A DNA stretch of 64,000 nt, from positions 16,221-80,220 of the forward strand of contig JBNJDT010000003.1 of the NCBI GenBank assembly GCA_051745145.1, in the 5' to 3' direction. This document shows positions 38,724 to 49,410 of this stretch, piece by piece. Source of the stretch: Elusimicrobiota bacterium (GTDB lineage: Bacteria > CG03 > SLGR01 > JAGXOG01). How positions within the stretch are numbered: position 1 is the first letter of the stretch; every line of letters begins with the position of its first letter. The notes under the pieces are model-generated. The model was not told where the DNA came from. It saw only the letters and a program-made list of their open reading frames with translations, and ran no database searches. A program made the translations under genes and the position numbers.

Positions 38724-40106
38724 TTATTCATTTTTTATATTCCACCGGGTTCCCGTGGGAGTGTCTTTTAACACAACCCCGGCTTCTTTTAACTTTTCTC
38801 TTATCTTATCTGCCTTCTTAAACTGTTTATTTTCCCGGTACTCCTCTCTCTCTTTGACCAGTTCCCTAATCTCTTCCTCAGATATATTTTTATTATCCTT
38901 TTGAAATAATTCAATACCCAGTACTTTCTCAAAGATCCGGACTAATTTACCCCCACGGATAATATCCTGTTTTTGCTGGGTCCCCTGGAAAATTTTTTCC
39001 ATTATTGAATTCACAGTCTTAAAAATTTCTCCTATGGCCCGGGCTGTATTAAAATCATTGTCCAGTGCCCGGAGAGCAGGATGTTCAAAAGATTCTAAAT
39101 CTTCCGCTTTTATACTATCACTGAGCAATTCGTTGATCTCCTTTTTAAATTCAACGAGTTTACTGTAGGCCTTTTGAGTATCCGAAAGCTCCTTTATGCT
39201 AAAATCTATATCCTGCCTGTATGAAGAAGAAAGAAGGAACATTCTTAAAACCATGGGGGGATATTTATTCAATATCTCTTTTAAAAGAAAAAAGTTTCCC
39301 GTACTTTTTGCCATCTTATCCCCTTTTAAATTAACCATTCCGTTGTGAATCCAGTACTTGGCCGGATCCTTTCCGGTTAAGCCTTCTGACTGAGCTATCT
39401 CATTTTCATGATGGGGGAAAATCAAATCCAGCCCCCCGCCGTGAATATCAAAAGTATCTCCCAGGTATTTTTTAGACATTGCCGAGCACTCAATGTGCCA
39501 GCCGGGTCTTCCTTTACCCCACGGACTTTCCCAGCCGAATTGCTCGTCCTTTTTCCACAGCGCAAAATCACGGGCATCTTCTTTTTCGCTGCTGTGTTTA
39601 TTTTCTTCACTTATAAGCTCATCGGGTTTTCTGCCCGAAAGCTTGCCGTAACCGGCAAATTCAGAAACCCGGTAGTATACATTGCCGTTTTTCTCATAAG
39701 CCATATCTCTTTCTAAAAGCCCTTTTACAAATTCTATAATCTGATCTATATTTTCAGATACTTTCGGATATCTGCTGGCCGGACGAACATTCAGCAATTT
39801 CATATTGTTTTTAAATTCTTTAAAGTATTTATTGGAAATCTGAGAGGGAGATTTACCTGTTTTTTGGCTTTTATTAATTATTTTGTCATCAATATCAGTA
39901 ATATTCTGGACATAACTCACTGAATATCCCTTAAATTCCAGAACTCTCTTTAACACATCAAATACTATATAGCACCGGGCATGTCCTAAGTGGGCATGGG
40001 CATAAGGGGTAATCCCGCAAACATACATATTTACATTTCCCTCATTAAGGGGACTAAATTCTTCTTTTTTGCCAGATAACGTATTGTATACAGTCAACTT
40101 TTTCAT
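38724..40106 (-). CDS. cysS: Cysteinyl-tRNA synthetase
   Basis: 'HLGHAR' (HIGH), 'KMAKSTGN' (KMSKS), Zn ligands. Confidence 0.92.
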   Translation of the reverse strand: MKKLTVYNTLSGKKEEFSPLNEGNVNMYVCGITPYAHAHLGHARCYIVFDVLKRVLEFKGYSVSYVQNITDIDDKIINKSQKTGKSPSQISNKYFKEFKNNMKLLNVRPASRYPKVSENIDQIIEFVKGLLERDMAYEKNGNVYYRVSEFAGYGKLSGRKPDELISEENKHSSEKEDARDFALWKKDEQFGWESPWGKGRPGWHIECSAMSKKYLGDTFDIHGGGLDLIFPHHENEIAQSEGLTGKDPAKYWIHNGMVNLKGDKMAKSTGNFFLLKEILNKYPPMVLRMFLLSSSYRQDIDFSIKELSDTQKAYSKLVEFKKEINELLSDSIKAEDLESFEHPALRALDNDFNTARAIGEIFKTVNSIMEKIFQGTQQKQDIIRGGKLVRIFEKVLGIELFQKDNKNISEEEIRELVKEREEYRENKQFKKADKIREKLKEAGVVLKDTPTGTRWNIKNE

Positions 40107-40113
40107 CTTTATC

Positions 40114-40608
40114 CTATTTCCTTTTGTTATATCCCGGTACGGGTATTATAGTGACTACCGATAAACAGCTAATAGCTTTTTTATGCCCCACGGCTCCAAA
40201 ACCTTCGTTCGTAGTAACTTTTACATTTATATCGTAATCCGGTACTTCTAAGGCAGAAGCAATATTTTCAACCATATCCGGGGTATATTTATCCAGTCTG
40301 GGCCTCTCACATATTAACGTAATATCTATATTATTAACTTCATAATTGACAGTCTCTATTTTTTCCTTTACTTTTTTAAGTAATTTCAAAGACGAAATAT
40401 CTTTGTATTTTTCGGCGGTATCCGGGAAATGCTTGCCTATATCTTCCAGGCCGGCGGCCCCTAAAAGGGCGTCGGCTACAGCATGTGATAAAACATCGGC
40501 ATCTGAATGTCCGACCAGGCCCTTACTGTAATCAATTTTCACTCCACCGAGAATAAGCTCTTCGCCTTCTTCAAGACCGTGAATATCGTATCCTATACCG
40601 GTTCTCAT
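40114..40608 (-). CDS. ispF: 2-C-methyl-D-erythritol 2,4-cyclodiphosphate synthase
   Basis: 'GIGYDIH...HSDADV' Zn-site motifs. Confidence 0.9.
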   Translation of the reverse strand: MRTGIGYDIHGLEEGEELILGGVKIDYSKGLVGHSDADVLSHAVADALLGAAGLEDIGKHFPDTAEKYKDISSLKLLKKVKEKIETVNYEVNNIDITLICERPRLDKYTPDMVENIASALEVPDYDINVKVTTNEGFGAVGHKKAISCLSVVTIIPVPGYNKRK

Positions 40609-41270
40609 TTTAAAACTCCCTTTAAATATTCTAAATCTTCCGGATAAGTTATTTTAATATTTTTCCTGGAACCTTCAACTATCTCTACTTCATAACCGGA
40701 TTTTTGAACCACTGAAGATGAATCCGTAAATTTGTTACCATCCATTTGCCGGTACCCTTTTTTTAACACTTCAGTTTTAAACAGCTGGGGGGTCTGTATA
40801 ATGTAGACCCTGGACCGGTCTAACGTTTTTATGCTCTTTCGATCTTTGTATTTTAAAGTGGAAACAGGCTGCAATCCCGGTATTACTCCGTCACAACTTT
40901 CAATTTTACCGGTCAATCTCTTTAGCACGTCTTTAGTACAGCCGGGACGGACCGAATCGTGTACCATAACATATTCGGAATTTACTTCTTTTAAACCGTT
41001 TTTTACTGAACCGGTACGCTCCTTTTTACCCGGCACAAATTTTATTTTTATATCTTTTATCCCGGATAAATTCCTTACTTTTACCTCTTTCATATCCGGC
41101 GGATATACTACAACAATTTTTTTTACTTCTTCTATATTTTTAAATAGACCGACCGACCGGGCCAGTACGGAACGGCCGTTTAAATCTAAAAACTGTTTTC
41201 TCTTCTTTGTATTTCCGTACCTGCTGCCCTCACCCGCTGACATTATTAATACATCAATCCACCCTTGCAA
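40605..41270 (-). CDS. ispD: 2-C-methyl-D-erythritol 4-phosphate cytidylyltransferase
   Basis: 'SAGEGSRYG' nucleotide-binding loop; start may be the internal Met at 41243. Confidence 0.88.
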   Translation of the reverse strand: MQGWIDVLIMSAGEGSRYGNTKKRKQFLDLNGRSVLARSVGLFKNIEEVKKIVVVYPPDMKEVKVRNLSGIKDIKIKFVPGKKERTGSVKNGLKEVNSEYVMVHDSVRPGCTKDVLKRLTGKIESCDGVIPGLQPVSTLKYKDRKSIKTLDRSRVYIIQTPQLFKTEVLKKGYRQMDGNKFTDSSSVVQKSGYEVEIVEGSRKNIKITYPEDLEYLKGVLK

Positions 41271-42231
41271 AAATCATCCTTCCGGAAGGTTTCTGCAAAA
41301 CAGAACTTACAGTTACTTCCACTTTTTTACCGATATAATTTACTCCGCCATCAACTACCACCATGGTCCCATCATCTAAAAAACCTACCCCCTGGCCCTT
41401 ATCTTTACCTTTTTTCAAAATAAATAGTTTAAAAGCTTCGCCGGGCAGCAATTTGGGTTTTAAGGCATTTGCCAGTTCATTTATATTCAGAGCCCTTACT
41501 CCCTGAGCTTTGGCGGCCTTATACAGGTTAAAATCACATGTAACCAGTTTGCCCTTAAGTTCCTGGGTAACCTTAATTAATTTTCCATCAACTGTTTCAA
41601 TGTCGGGATAATCTTTCTGATAAATTTTTATATTTATATCACTGTTTTTTCTAAGATCGGTTACTATATCAAGGGCCCTTCGCGCCTTTTTCCGCTTTTC
41701 ATCATCAGCAGAATCCGCAAGAGCCTGCACTTCATTCATAACAAAAGTCGGTATTACAAATACCCCTTCTAAAAAACCGGTATGAGAAATTTCTTTAATC
41801 CGGGCATCTATAATTGCCGAAGTATCAATAATTTTCATATTCTTTTTATATTTTTTCCCGGTTAGATAAACCTGCTTATCCAGAAGATCAAGTTCTTCTT
41901 TCTTTTTGATACCCAGAATCATTCCGATATAACCGAACACCACGCTGATAAGCATCCTGTACTTCGCAAACACCTCGGTAACCCGGGGTGATTCAATAAG
42001 TACGGGAAATATATTATTAATCAGACTGGCACCGATGAGTCCTAAAATAAGTCCCATCAAACCGGCTATAATATCATCCAGTTTTACTTTCTGGATAGCA
42101 ATTTCAGCCGCTATTACCAGTATTGCCGCCCCTGTTCCTATTAAAATTCCGGTACCGTCGGAAGATATCTTAGTATATCCTATAACCGGACCGGCTATAA
42201 TAACTATAATTCTTGCTACATATACAAACAT
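41254..42231 (-). CDS. PIN/TRAM-domain membrane protein (YacL-like)
   Basis: N-terminal TM helices, PIN domain ('IIDTSAIIDARI'), C-terminal TRAM ('GKKVEVTVSSV'); conserved position upstream of ispD as in Bacillus. Confidence 0.75.
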   Translation of the reverse strand: MFVYVARIIVIIAGPVIGYTKISSDGTGILIGTGAAILVIAAEIAIQKVKLDDIIAGLMGLILGLIGASLINNIFPVLIESPRVTEVFAKYRMLISVVFGYIGMILGIKKKEELDLLDKQVYLTGKKYKKNMKIIDTSAIIDARIKEISHTGFLEGVFVIPTFVMNEVQALADSADDEKRKKARRALDIVTDLRKNSDINIKIYQKDYPDIETVDGKLIKVTQELKGKLVTCDFNLYKAAKAQGVRALNINELANALKPKLLPGEAFKLFILKKGKDKGQGVGFLDDGTMVVVDGGVNYIGKKVEVTVSSVLQKPSGRMIFARVD

Positions 42232-42275
42232 TTTAAATATCCTTTCCTATAATTTATTTCAAAATTCTTTATAAT

Positions 42276-43604
42276 TCACACAACATCACTAATATTATCA
42301 ACCGTATCTAAAAATACAAGTTTAAGGTTACTGTCACTAACTTTTCTGTTCTTACCGGATAACACTACCCGGCTAAAGTTATTTCTCTTTGCATATTCCA
42401 GTACGGGTTTAATATCATTTACCGGCCTTACCCTGCCGCTTAAATCCGTTTCTCCTATAAAAATTGTATCCCCGGCTACCGGCCGGTCAGCCAAACTCGA
42501 ATACAAAGCCGCCAGTACAGCCAGATCAGCTGTCCGCTCCCTGACCGTAGTTCCGCCGCTGACATTCACATAGATATCCATTCCTCCCAGCTTATTTTTT
42601 ATATTTTTTTGAAATATAGCTGTCAACATCAGCAGCCGTTTTCTAAAATATCCGCTGGTTCTTCTCAATGGATATTCAAAATAGCTATCTGTAACCAGAG
42701 CCTGTATTTCGCAGGTAACTACTCTGGGGCCTTTAAGCACACAGGTTTTTGCCTGGCCGGTTATATTCTCTTTCAGATCGTCCGCTATCTTTGTCCCGGT
42801 CTCTTTTAGGCCCTCTTTTCCCAGAGAATATATAACAAAATCGCCGCAGGAACCAAACCTGTTTTTCGCTCCGGTAATAATTCTGCGGGACCCTTCCATA
42901 GAATCCATATACATAACAGCATCCACCATATGTTCTAAAAGCTTGGGGCCGGCTATATTTCCCTGCTTGGTTATCTGCCCGGACATCAATATTCTCACTC
43001 CCTTATTTTTAGCTAACGATGTCAGCCGGTTTCCACATAACTTAACCTGTTTTACCGAACCTGCCGCGCTGCTTTGCCCCGGGTCCTTTAAGGCCTGAAT
43101 TGAATCGATAAATAACACATCGGGTTTAAGTTCATCAACTATTTTTTCAACCTGTTCAAGATCCCCGGTTCCGGCCACTGTAATATTATCCCCTTTGATT
43201 TTTAATCTCCGGGAATGAACTTTTACCTGTTCCGGACTTTCTTCACCGCTTACAAAAAGCACTCTATATTCTGAGCTTGCAATTTTATCGGCCAGCTGTA
43301 AAAACAGGGTACTTTTCCCCACTCCCGGCGGGCCGCCCAGCAGAACTACTTCTTTTTCCACTAACCCCCCCCCAAGCATCCGGTCAAATCCGGCCGAATC
43401 CGTGGGTAACCTGTTTTTTGTCTGCGGGGATATATCTTTTAATTTACTTATACCCGCATCCAGGGTTGAGCTTTTGCCCTTTTTAGCCTCTTTTTTAGTA
43501 AATTTTTTAGTTTCTACTATAGATTCCCAGGCATCACATCTGGGGCATTGTCCCAGCCATTTAGTAGCCTGGTAACCGCATTCGACACATTCAAAAGAAG
43601 ACAT
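42276..43604 (-). CDS. radA: DNA repair protein RadA/Sms
   Basis: C4 zinc finger 'CVECGYQATKWLGQCPRCDAW', Walker A 'GGPPGVGKSTL', C-terminal Lon-like domain. Confidence 0.92.
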   Translation of the reverse strand: MSSFECVECGYQATKWLGQCPRCDAWESIVETKKFTKKEAKKGKSSTLDAGISKLKDISPQTKNRLPTDSAGFDRMLGGGLVEKEVVLLGGPPGVGKSTLFLQLADKIASSEYRVLFVSGEESPEQVKVHSRRLKIKGDNITVAGTGDLEQVEKIVDELKPDVLFIDSIQALKDPGQSSAAGSVKQVKLCGNRLTSLAKNKGVRILMSGQITKQGNIAGPKLLEHMVDAVMYMDSMEGSRRIITGAKNRFGSCGDFVIYSLGKEGLKETGTKIADDLKENITGQAKTCVLKGPRVVTCEIQALVTDSYFEYPLRRTSGYFRKRLLMLTAIFQKNIKNKLGGMDIYVNVSGGTTVRERTADLAVLAALYSSLADRPVAGDTIFIGETDLSGRVRPVNDIKPVLEYAKRNNFSRVVLSGKNRKVSDSNLKLVFLDTVDNISDVV

Positions 43605-44875
43605 CAGTCCATCTTTAACTCTATTCCGGCCCTGAAATTTTGGTTTTCCAGCAGATCTTCAGCAGATATACCCAATTCCAGGTAATCTGTAAGGGTCAGC
43701 CTGGAGGATACAGTCAACCACGGATTTTCAGCTCTACTCAGTTCAAATATTTCCGACCCCACTTTAAACCTGTTTTTAAAAGGATTCCACTCCAGTCCCA
43801 GGCCACCCGACGAACGAATAGCTCCACCGTAAAATTTAAAATTATTTATATTTTTCCCCGCTTTAAAAGTTATGGAATTTATTCTGTCTCCACCGGAATC
43901 AAACGTACCTACCGAATTATCCGAAGGGGTTATGTTTTCCAGTCCCATAAACAGATATTTATCCGATTCGGGATTCAAAGATAATCCGGCGGAACTTCTT
44001 AAATTTTCGCTGTCCGGATCATAATAAAATTCTGATTCCCAGGAAGTCTCAAACCCTTTAGCATTATCTACCGCTTCCCGTAAATCCTGAGAAGTCTCAT
44101 ATATACTGTCGATAGTAGTTCCCACTTTTTTGCCATATTCGTCAGAAGCTAAAAATTTTCCGGCTACAGTTTCGCCCTTCTTTATATCCTGGACCAGAAG
44201 TTTAAGTTCCTTTACTAACTCTCCCATATTTTCAAAATTCTGTTTTAACCCCTCTGTCTGAGAAGCCATAAGAGAATCCACTTCTTCTAAAATTGAATTA
44301 ATATTTTTTACCGATTTTTTTAGTTTTTCTCCGTCCTCGCCAAAAGAACTATCTATATCTTTGGATATGGAGTTTAAATTTTTAAATGACTCGTTTACAT
44401 TATCCATTAATTCGGAATTATGAGCCAACTTTTCAAAAGAAGTAACTATCCTGTCCAGTCCGGATATCATCTCATTTATAGTTTCTTCGTATCCTATGGG
44501 CGCCGAACCTTCTAATTTGTCCCCATCCTTAACTAAGGGGTAGTCCGAAGTACCGGGATTAATAGTCATGAAAGTATTTCCAATAATTCCGCTTCTGGAT
44601 ACATTTATAGTGGCATTTTTATAAATATTAATTCCCTCTTCAATCCAAACCCGGACTCTTGCGTTGCCGTTATCCAGAGTTATATTTTTTACTCTTCCCA
44701 CTTCCACCCCGGAAATTTTTATGACAGAATTATTAGGCAGATCCGCAACGGTATCGAACATGACGTCAAATTCATATCCTTTCTTTAGAGTAACATTGCC
44801 AAGTGAAATAATTACTATCCCGGCGGATATAAAAAATAATATTAACAACATCCCCAGTTTTATCTGTGGTTTCAT
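43604..44875 (-). CDS. MCE/MlaD-family protein with long C-terminal extension
   Basis: N-terminal TM anchor + MCE domain ('VIKISGVEVGRVKNITLD'), then ~150 aa coiled-coil-like region and ~120 aa beta-rich C-terminal domain. Confidence 0.75.
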   Translation of the reverse strand: MKPQIKLGMLLILFFISAGIVIISLGNVTLKKGYEFDVMFDTVADLPNNSVIKISGVEVGRVKNITLDNGNARVRVWIEEGINIYKNATINVSRSGIIGNTFMTINPGTSDYPLVKDGDKLEGSAPIGYEETINEMISGLDRIVTSFEKLAHNSELMDNVNESFKNLNSISKDIDSSFGEDGEKLKKSVKNINSILEEVDSLMASQTEGLKQNFENMGELVKELKLLVQDIKKGETVAGKFLASDEYGKKVGTTIDSIYETSQDLREAVDNAKGFETSWESEFYYDPDSENLRSSAGLSLNPESDKYLFMGLENITPSDNSVGTFDSGGDRINSITFKAGKNINNFKFYGGAIRSSGGLGLEWNPFKNRFKVGSEIFELSRAENPWLTVSSRLTLTDYLELGISAEDLLENQNFRAGIELKMD

Positions 44876-45636
44876 TACAATACTTCTCCGTTTTTAGTTA
44901 CAATTTTTCCTTTTCCGGCTCCCTGAATAAATTCCTGTACCTTAGAATTATCGGAATTTTTAAATTCAGGTACCGTGGCTACTTCTATAATTTCGCCGTC
45001 CTTTAAAAAACCTATCCGGTCTGATACCTTATAAGCCGTAGTTAAATCATGGGTAACCATAATCGATGTAATATTAAAATTTTCCTGTAATTTTACAAAT
45101 AGTTTACAAATAGCTTCCGTAGTAATAGGATCAAGTCCGGTTGTCGGCTCATCGTAAAAAATATATCTGGGTTTTGTGGCAATAGCCCTGGCTAAGGCTA
45201 CTCTTCTTTGCATACCTATAGAAAGACTTTCCGGAAGTTTTTTTTCAACTCCTTTCAACCTCACGGTAGCTAAGGTTTCTCTAACAATTTTTTGAATTTT
45301 CTCTTCTTTGTAATCCGTAAGCCGCCTTAATCCGAAGGCAACATTTTCCCCCACTGTCAAACTGTCAAATAAAGCTCCACCCTGAAATACCATGCCGATC
45401 TTTCTTTGAATTCTGGTTAATTTATGCTGGGGAAGCCCCACAATCTCCTCTTTATCTATCTTAATACTTCCCGAATCCGGTTTTATAATTCCTATTATTG
45501 TCTTTATAAATACTGATTTACCTTCCCCCGAACCTCCGACCAGGGTAAAAATTTCCCCGTCTGTTATATTTAAATCGATACTCCTTAATACTCTTTCACT
45601 GCCAAATGCCTTATTTAAGTTTTTTATTTCTATCAT
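44875..45636 (-). CDS. mlaF: ABC transporter ATP-binding protein (MlaF-like)
   Basis: Walker A 'GGSGEGKS', signature 'LSIGMQRRVALA'. Confidence 0.88.
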   Translation of the reverse strand: MIEIKNLNKAFGSERVLRSIDLNITDGEIFTLVGGSGEGKSVFIKTIIGIIKPDSGSIKIDKEEIVGLPQHKLTRIQRKIGMVFQGGALFDSLTVGENVAFGLRRLTDYKEEKIQKIVRETLATVRLKGVEKKLPESLSIGMQRRVALARAIATKPRYIFYDEPTTGLDPITTEAICKLFVKLQENFNITSIMVTHDLTTAYKVSDRIGFLKDGEIIEVATVPEFKNSDNSKVQEFIQGAGKGKIVTKNGEVL

Positions 45637-45637
45637 A

Positions 45638-46423
45638 TTATATGATACCCAATGTATTTAAAAGCTGGGAGAGGAAATAATCCGACACTAATATAAAAAG
45701 CATGGAATATACCACTGCCTGGGTCGTACTTTTTCCAACCCCCTCTGCTCCCCCCGATGTATTAAATCCCATATAACAGCTTACCGTAACTATTATGAAA
45801 CCAAAAAATACGGATTTAATCAAGCCGTGGACAAAATGAATAATCTGAAGATGAGATAATATGTCATTCATGTAAACAGAACCGGAAATATTAAAAGTTT
45901 TTGTAGCTACTATGTACCCCCCCCATATCCCGGTAAGATCGGCCATTAACGTAATAACCGGGAGCATAACCATAATCGCAATAAACAGGGGAACCCCCAG
46001 ATACTGTTCGGGAGTTGTGCCCAGAGTATAAAGAGCATCCAGCTGATCACTGACCTTCATTGTACCCAGCTGGGCGGCTATTGAGGCCCCTATGCGACCT
46101 GCAATTACCAGCCCGGTCAATACCGGGCCCAGTTCCAGAACTATACTGAAGGAAACTAAAAGACCCATAAAAACCGGCATGTCAAAGAGCTTTTGAGAAG
46201 CTATCCCGCTCTGTAAAGCCAGAACCATCCCCGTAAAGAGTGCAGCCAAAAGTACCAAAGGCAGGGAGTCCACTCCTATTCTAACCATCTGCTTTACAAC
46301 ATTCTTAGGATTATCCCAGGGTTTAAATATAAAAAAAAATATTTTTTTAACCATTAAGGCAGCCCCCCCGAAATTCTCTGCTGCAGATAGAAATTTATTT
46401 AAAATTTTATTTGAGAAATTCAC
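45638..46423 (-). CDS. mlaE: ABC transporter permease (MlaE-like)
   Basis: 261 aa; 5 TM; MlaE/YrbE family pattern. Confidence 0.85.
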   Translation of the reverse strand: MNFSNKILNKFLSAAENFGGAALMVKKIFFFIFKPWDNPKNVVKQMVRIGVDSLPLVLLAALFTGMVLALQSGIASQKLFDMPVFMGLLVSFSIVLELGPVLTGLVIAGRIGASIAAQLGTMKVSDQLDALYTLGTTPEQYLGVPLFIAIMVMLPVITLMADLTGIWGGYIVATKTFNISGSVYMNDILSHLQIIHFVHGLIKSVFFGFIIVTVSCYMGFNTSGGAEGVGKSTTQAVVYSMLFILVSDYFLSQLLNTLGII

Positions 46424-46425
46424 CT

Positions 46426-47532
46426 TTAAAGTGTGCCCACATATTCCCGGGGCACCCGGTCGGATATGCCGGTGGTTATCTCATAATTTATAGTTTGTGC
46501 TTGAGCAGCTAATTCCTCGGCCGTTATACTGTCTTCTTCCGCCTTACCTAAAAGAATAGCCCTATCCCCGATTTCCACCCCTTCTATACCGGTAACGTCC
46601 ACCATTATCATATCCATACACACCCTCCCTATTACCGGCGCCCTTTTTCCGGCGATAATAACCTCGGATTTATTGGAGAGCAGGCGGGGATAACCATCGG
46701 CGTATCCCACGCATAGAGTAGCTACCTTTGACTTGCGGGGCGCAACCCAGGTTCCCCCGTAGCTTACGGGCGTGCCTTTAGACACCTCTTTTAAATATAT
46801 AATACTGGAATTCCACCGCATAACCGGATCAAGAGAATATTTTTTCCTGGAGACATTGTCCGGATATAATCCGTATATAAAAAGCCCCGGCCGGACAAGG
46901 TTAAAAAGAGATTCGTCAAAATTCATAATACCTGCTGTATTGGCGGCATGCACAAAAGGAGGCAACTCATCCAATTCATTGAGAATATGCCTGAATTTTC
47001 TTATCTGTTTTTTAGTAAAACCCGGATCTTCATCGGCTTTGGCCAAATGGGTAAATATACCCTGGGGTATCAGGCGGGAATTTTCAAGTAATTTATCCCA
47101 TAAGTTAACTGCCGCGGGAGGAGAAACGCCGATACGCCCCATACCCGTATCCACTTTAAGATGGAACCCGATCTCCTTGTTCTTTTCCCGGGCCACTTTT
47201 GCTAAATTTTCTGCCGACTTTTCACTGGCAACTATGGGAGTAAGATTATACTTAAAAACTTCCCTGTAATTTTTAAAAGGATATATTGACCCCAGTATCA
47301 GAATGGGCATCTCTATAGAATTTTCCCGGAGCTCTATTCCCTCTTCAATAGTCGCTACTCCCAGGATATCAGCCCCCGCCTGTTCGAGGACCTTTCCCAC
47401 TTTGACCGCCCCGTGTCCGTAAGCATCTGCTTTTATTACCGGCATAATCTTAGTACCTGTAATATCCTTAACCATCTGAAAATTATTTTTTACCGCTTGT
47501 AAATCAACTTCTGCGAAAGTAGGTCTTAACAT
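46426..47532 (-). CDS. alr: Alanine racemase
   Basis: PLP-Lys 'VIKADAYGHG'. Confidence 0.9.
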   Translation of the reverse strand: MLRPTFAEVDLQAVKNNFQMVKDITGTKIMPVIKADAYGHGAVKVGKVLEQAGADILGVATIEEGIELRENSIEMPILILGSIYPFKNYREVFKYNLTPIVASEKSAENLAKVAREKNKEIGFHLKVDTGMGRIGVSPPAAVNLWDKLLENSRLIPQGIFTHLAKADEDPGFTKKQIRKFRHILNELDELPPFVHAANTAGIMNFDESLFNLVRPGLFIYGLYPDNVSRKKYSLDPVMRWNSSIIYLKEVSKGTPVSYGGTWVAPRKSKVATLCVGYADGYPRLLSNKSEVIIAGKRAPVIGRVCMDMIMVDVTGIEGVEIGDRAILLGKAEEDSITAEELAAQAQTINYEITTGISDRVPREYVGTL

Positions 47533-47538
47533 AAATCT

Positions 47539-48903
47539 TTAAATTTTCTGTTTATTTGTAAAATTCCTGAACCGGGTTATCTTTTTCTGAAATATCAGAT
47601 CAATATTTCCGGTCGGACCGTTACGCTGTTTCCCTATAATAAGTTCTGCTTTATTTTCATCTTCGGGCATTATCTCGTCTTCACTTTTATAATACGAAGG
47701 ACGGTATAAAAACAGAACCAGATCAGCATCCTGTTCAATAGCCCCGCTTTCTCTTAAATCCGAAAGCCGGGGCCGGGCGTCACCGCTTCTTTTTTCTGGC
47801 GCTCTGCTTAACTGGGACATAGCTATAACCGGTACTTCTATCTCTTTGGCCAGTATTTTAAGGCTCCTGGAAATCTGGGACATTTCCTGCTGTCTGTTCT
47901 CATATCTACCTTCCAGACCGGATATCAGCTGAATATAATCTATAACTATTAAACCCAGATCATTGTGATTCGCCTTAAGTCTTCTGGCCCGGGCTTTCAT
48001 CTCTATTGGAGTTATATTAGGAGTGTCATCCACATAGATATTTGACTCTTTTATGCGTCCGGCTGCATAGGTAAGGGATGACCACTCGTTAGATCCGACA
48101 AAGCCGTCTCTGACCCTGCTCAATTCCACCTGAGCCTCACTGCAAAGCATTCTGTTTAATAATTCATAGGCGGCCATCTCCAGGGAGAATATACCCACCG
48201 GTATATTTTTTTCTATGCCTATATACTGGGCAATATTAAGTCCAAACGAAGTTTTGCCCATAGCCGGACGGCCGGCCACTATAATGAGATTGCCCTTGTG
48301 CAGACCGGAAACCAGTTTATCGAGATCTTTAAAACCTGTTGAAACGCCGGATACCTCTTCATCCTGATTAGCAATTTTTTCTATGGTATCTATTGAATCT
48401 TCAACCATATTGGACATTTTCTGAAAACCCGACCGGACATTTTTCTGCCTTATGTCAAATACCTGCTGTTCTGCTTTATCTAAAAGATTTTGAGCATTTT
48501 CGCTGTCCTGAAAACTTTCTTCGGATAACCTGGAAGATACTCTTATCAGCTCCCGCAGCAAGGCCTTATCTCGTACAATCTTAGCATAATATCCCACATT
48601 TGCCGGCGAGGCCACATTATTTACAAGTACTGTTAAATAATCCGAATCACCTATTTTTTCCAGTTCATTATTTTTAGCCAGATCTTCCGATACCGTGACT
48701 ATATCAACCGGTTCATTGCGGTCAAATAAACGCATTACCGATTTAAATATTAACCTGTGGGCCGTACGATAAAAATTTTCAGGTCTTAAAATATCGATGC
48801 AGGTCAATACTGCATCTTCATCAATAAGAATAGAACCCAGTACCGACCGCTCGGCTTCTATGTTCTGCGGCGGAACTTTTCCTGAAATTTTCCTTTTTGC
48901 CAT
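47539..48903 (-). CDS. dnaB: Replicative DNA helicase DnaB
   Basis: 454 aa; Walker A 'GRPAMGKT', 'IVIDYIQL'. Confidence 0.92.
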   Translation of the reverse strand: MAKRKISGKVPPQNIEAERSVLGSILIDEDAVLTCIDILRPENFYRTAHRLIFKSVMRLFDRNEPVDIVTVSEDLAKNNELEKIGDSDYLTVLVNNVASPANVGYYAKIVRDKALLRELIRVSSRLSEESFQDSENAQNLLDKAEQQVFDIRQKNVRSGFQKMSNMVEDSIDTIEKIANQDEEVSGVSTGFKDLDKLVSGLHKGNLIIVAGRPAMGKTSFGLNIAQYIGIEKNIPVGIFSLEMAAYELLNRMLCSEAQVELSRVRDGFVGSNEWSSLTYAAGRIKESNIYVDDTPNITPIEMKARARRLKANHNDLGLIVIDYIQLISGLEGRYENRQQEMSQISRSLKILAKEIEVPVIAMSQLSRAPEKRSGDARPRLSDLRESGAIEQDADLVLFLYRPSYYKSEDEIMPEDENKAELIIGKQRNGPTGNIDLIFQKKITRFRNFTNKQKI

Positions 48904-48911
48904 AAATTTCC

Positions 48912-49355
48912 TTACTTTTTAACTACCCATACTTTGCAGGTAGCTTTAACTTCCGGATGTACTTTTACTGTAACTTTATACACACCCAACTTTTTAATGG
49001 GCTCATCTATCTTTATATTTTTCTTATCGACATCCAAATCCTCTTGATTGAGTTTGTTAGCTATATCTATATTAGTAACAGACCCGTATAACTTTTCGTC
49101 TTCTCCGACTTCCACTTCTACAGTTACCGAGGTATCGGAAATACGCTCCGCTTTCTCTTTTGCCAGGGCTATTTCTTTCTCTTTTTGAGCTTCCAATTTA
49201 GCTTTTAACCCTTCCACTCTCTGGCGATACTTATCCTTATCCGGCCATACAAATCCTTTGGGCAAAAGATAATTTCTTGCATAACCGTCCTTTACTTCCA
49301 CGGTATCCCCGAACTCCCCTAATTTCTCAATATCCTTTTTTAAAATTACTTTCAT
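48912..49355 (-). CDS. rplI: 50S ribosomal protein L9
   Basis: 'MKVILKKDIEKLGEFGDTVEVKDGYARNYLLP'. Confidence 0.92.
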   Translation of the reverse strand: MKVILKKDIEKLGEFGDTVEVKDGYARNYLLPKGFVWPDKDKYRQRVEGLKAKLEAQKEKEIALAKEKAERISDTSVTVEVEVGEDEKLYGSVTNIDIANKLNQEDLDVDKKNIKIDEPIKKLGVYKVTVKVHPEVKATCKVWVVKK

Positions 49356-49410
49356 ATTCTTTCTCCTTAATCTACTTTTTATACTGTTTTGGTCCCTTCT
49401 GCTTTAAACT

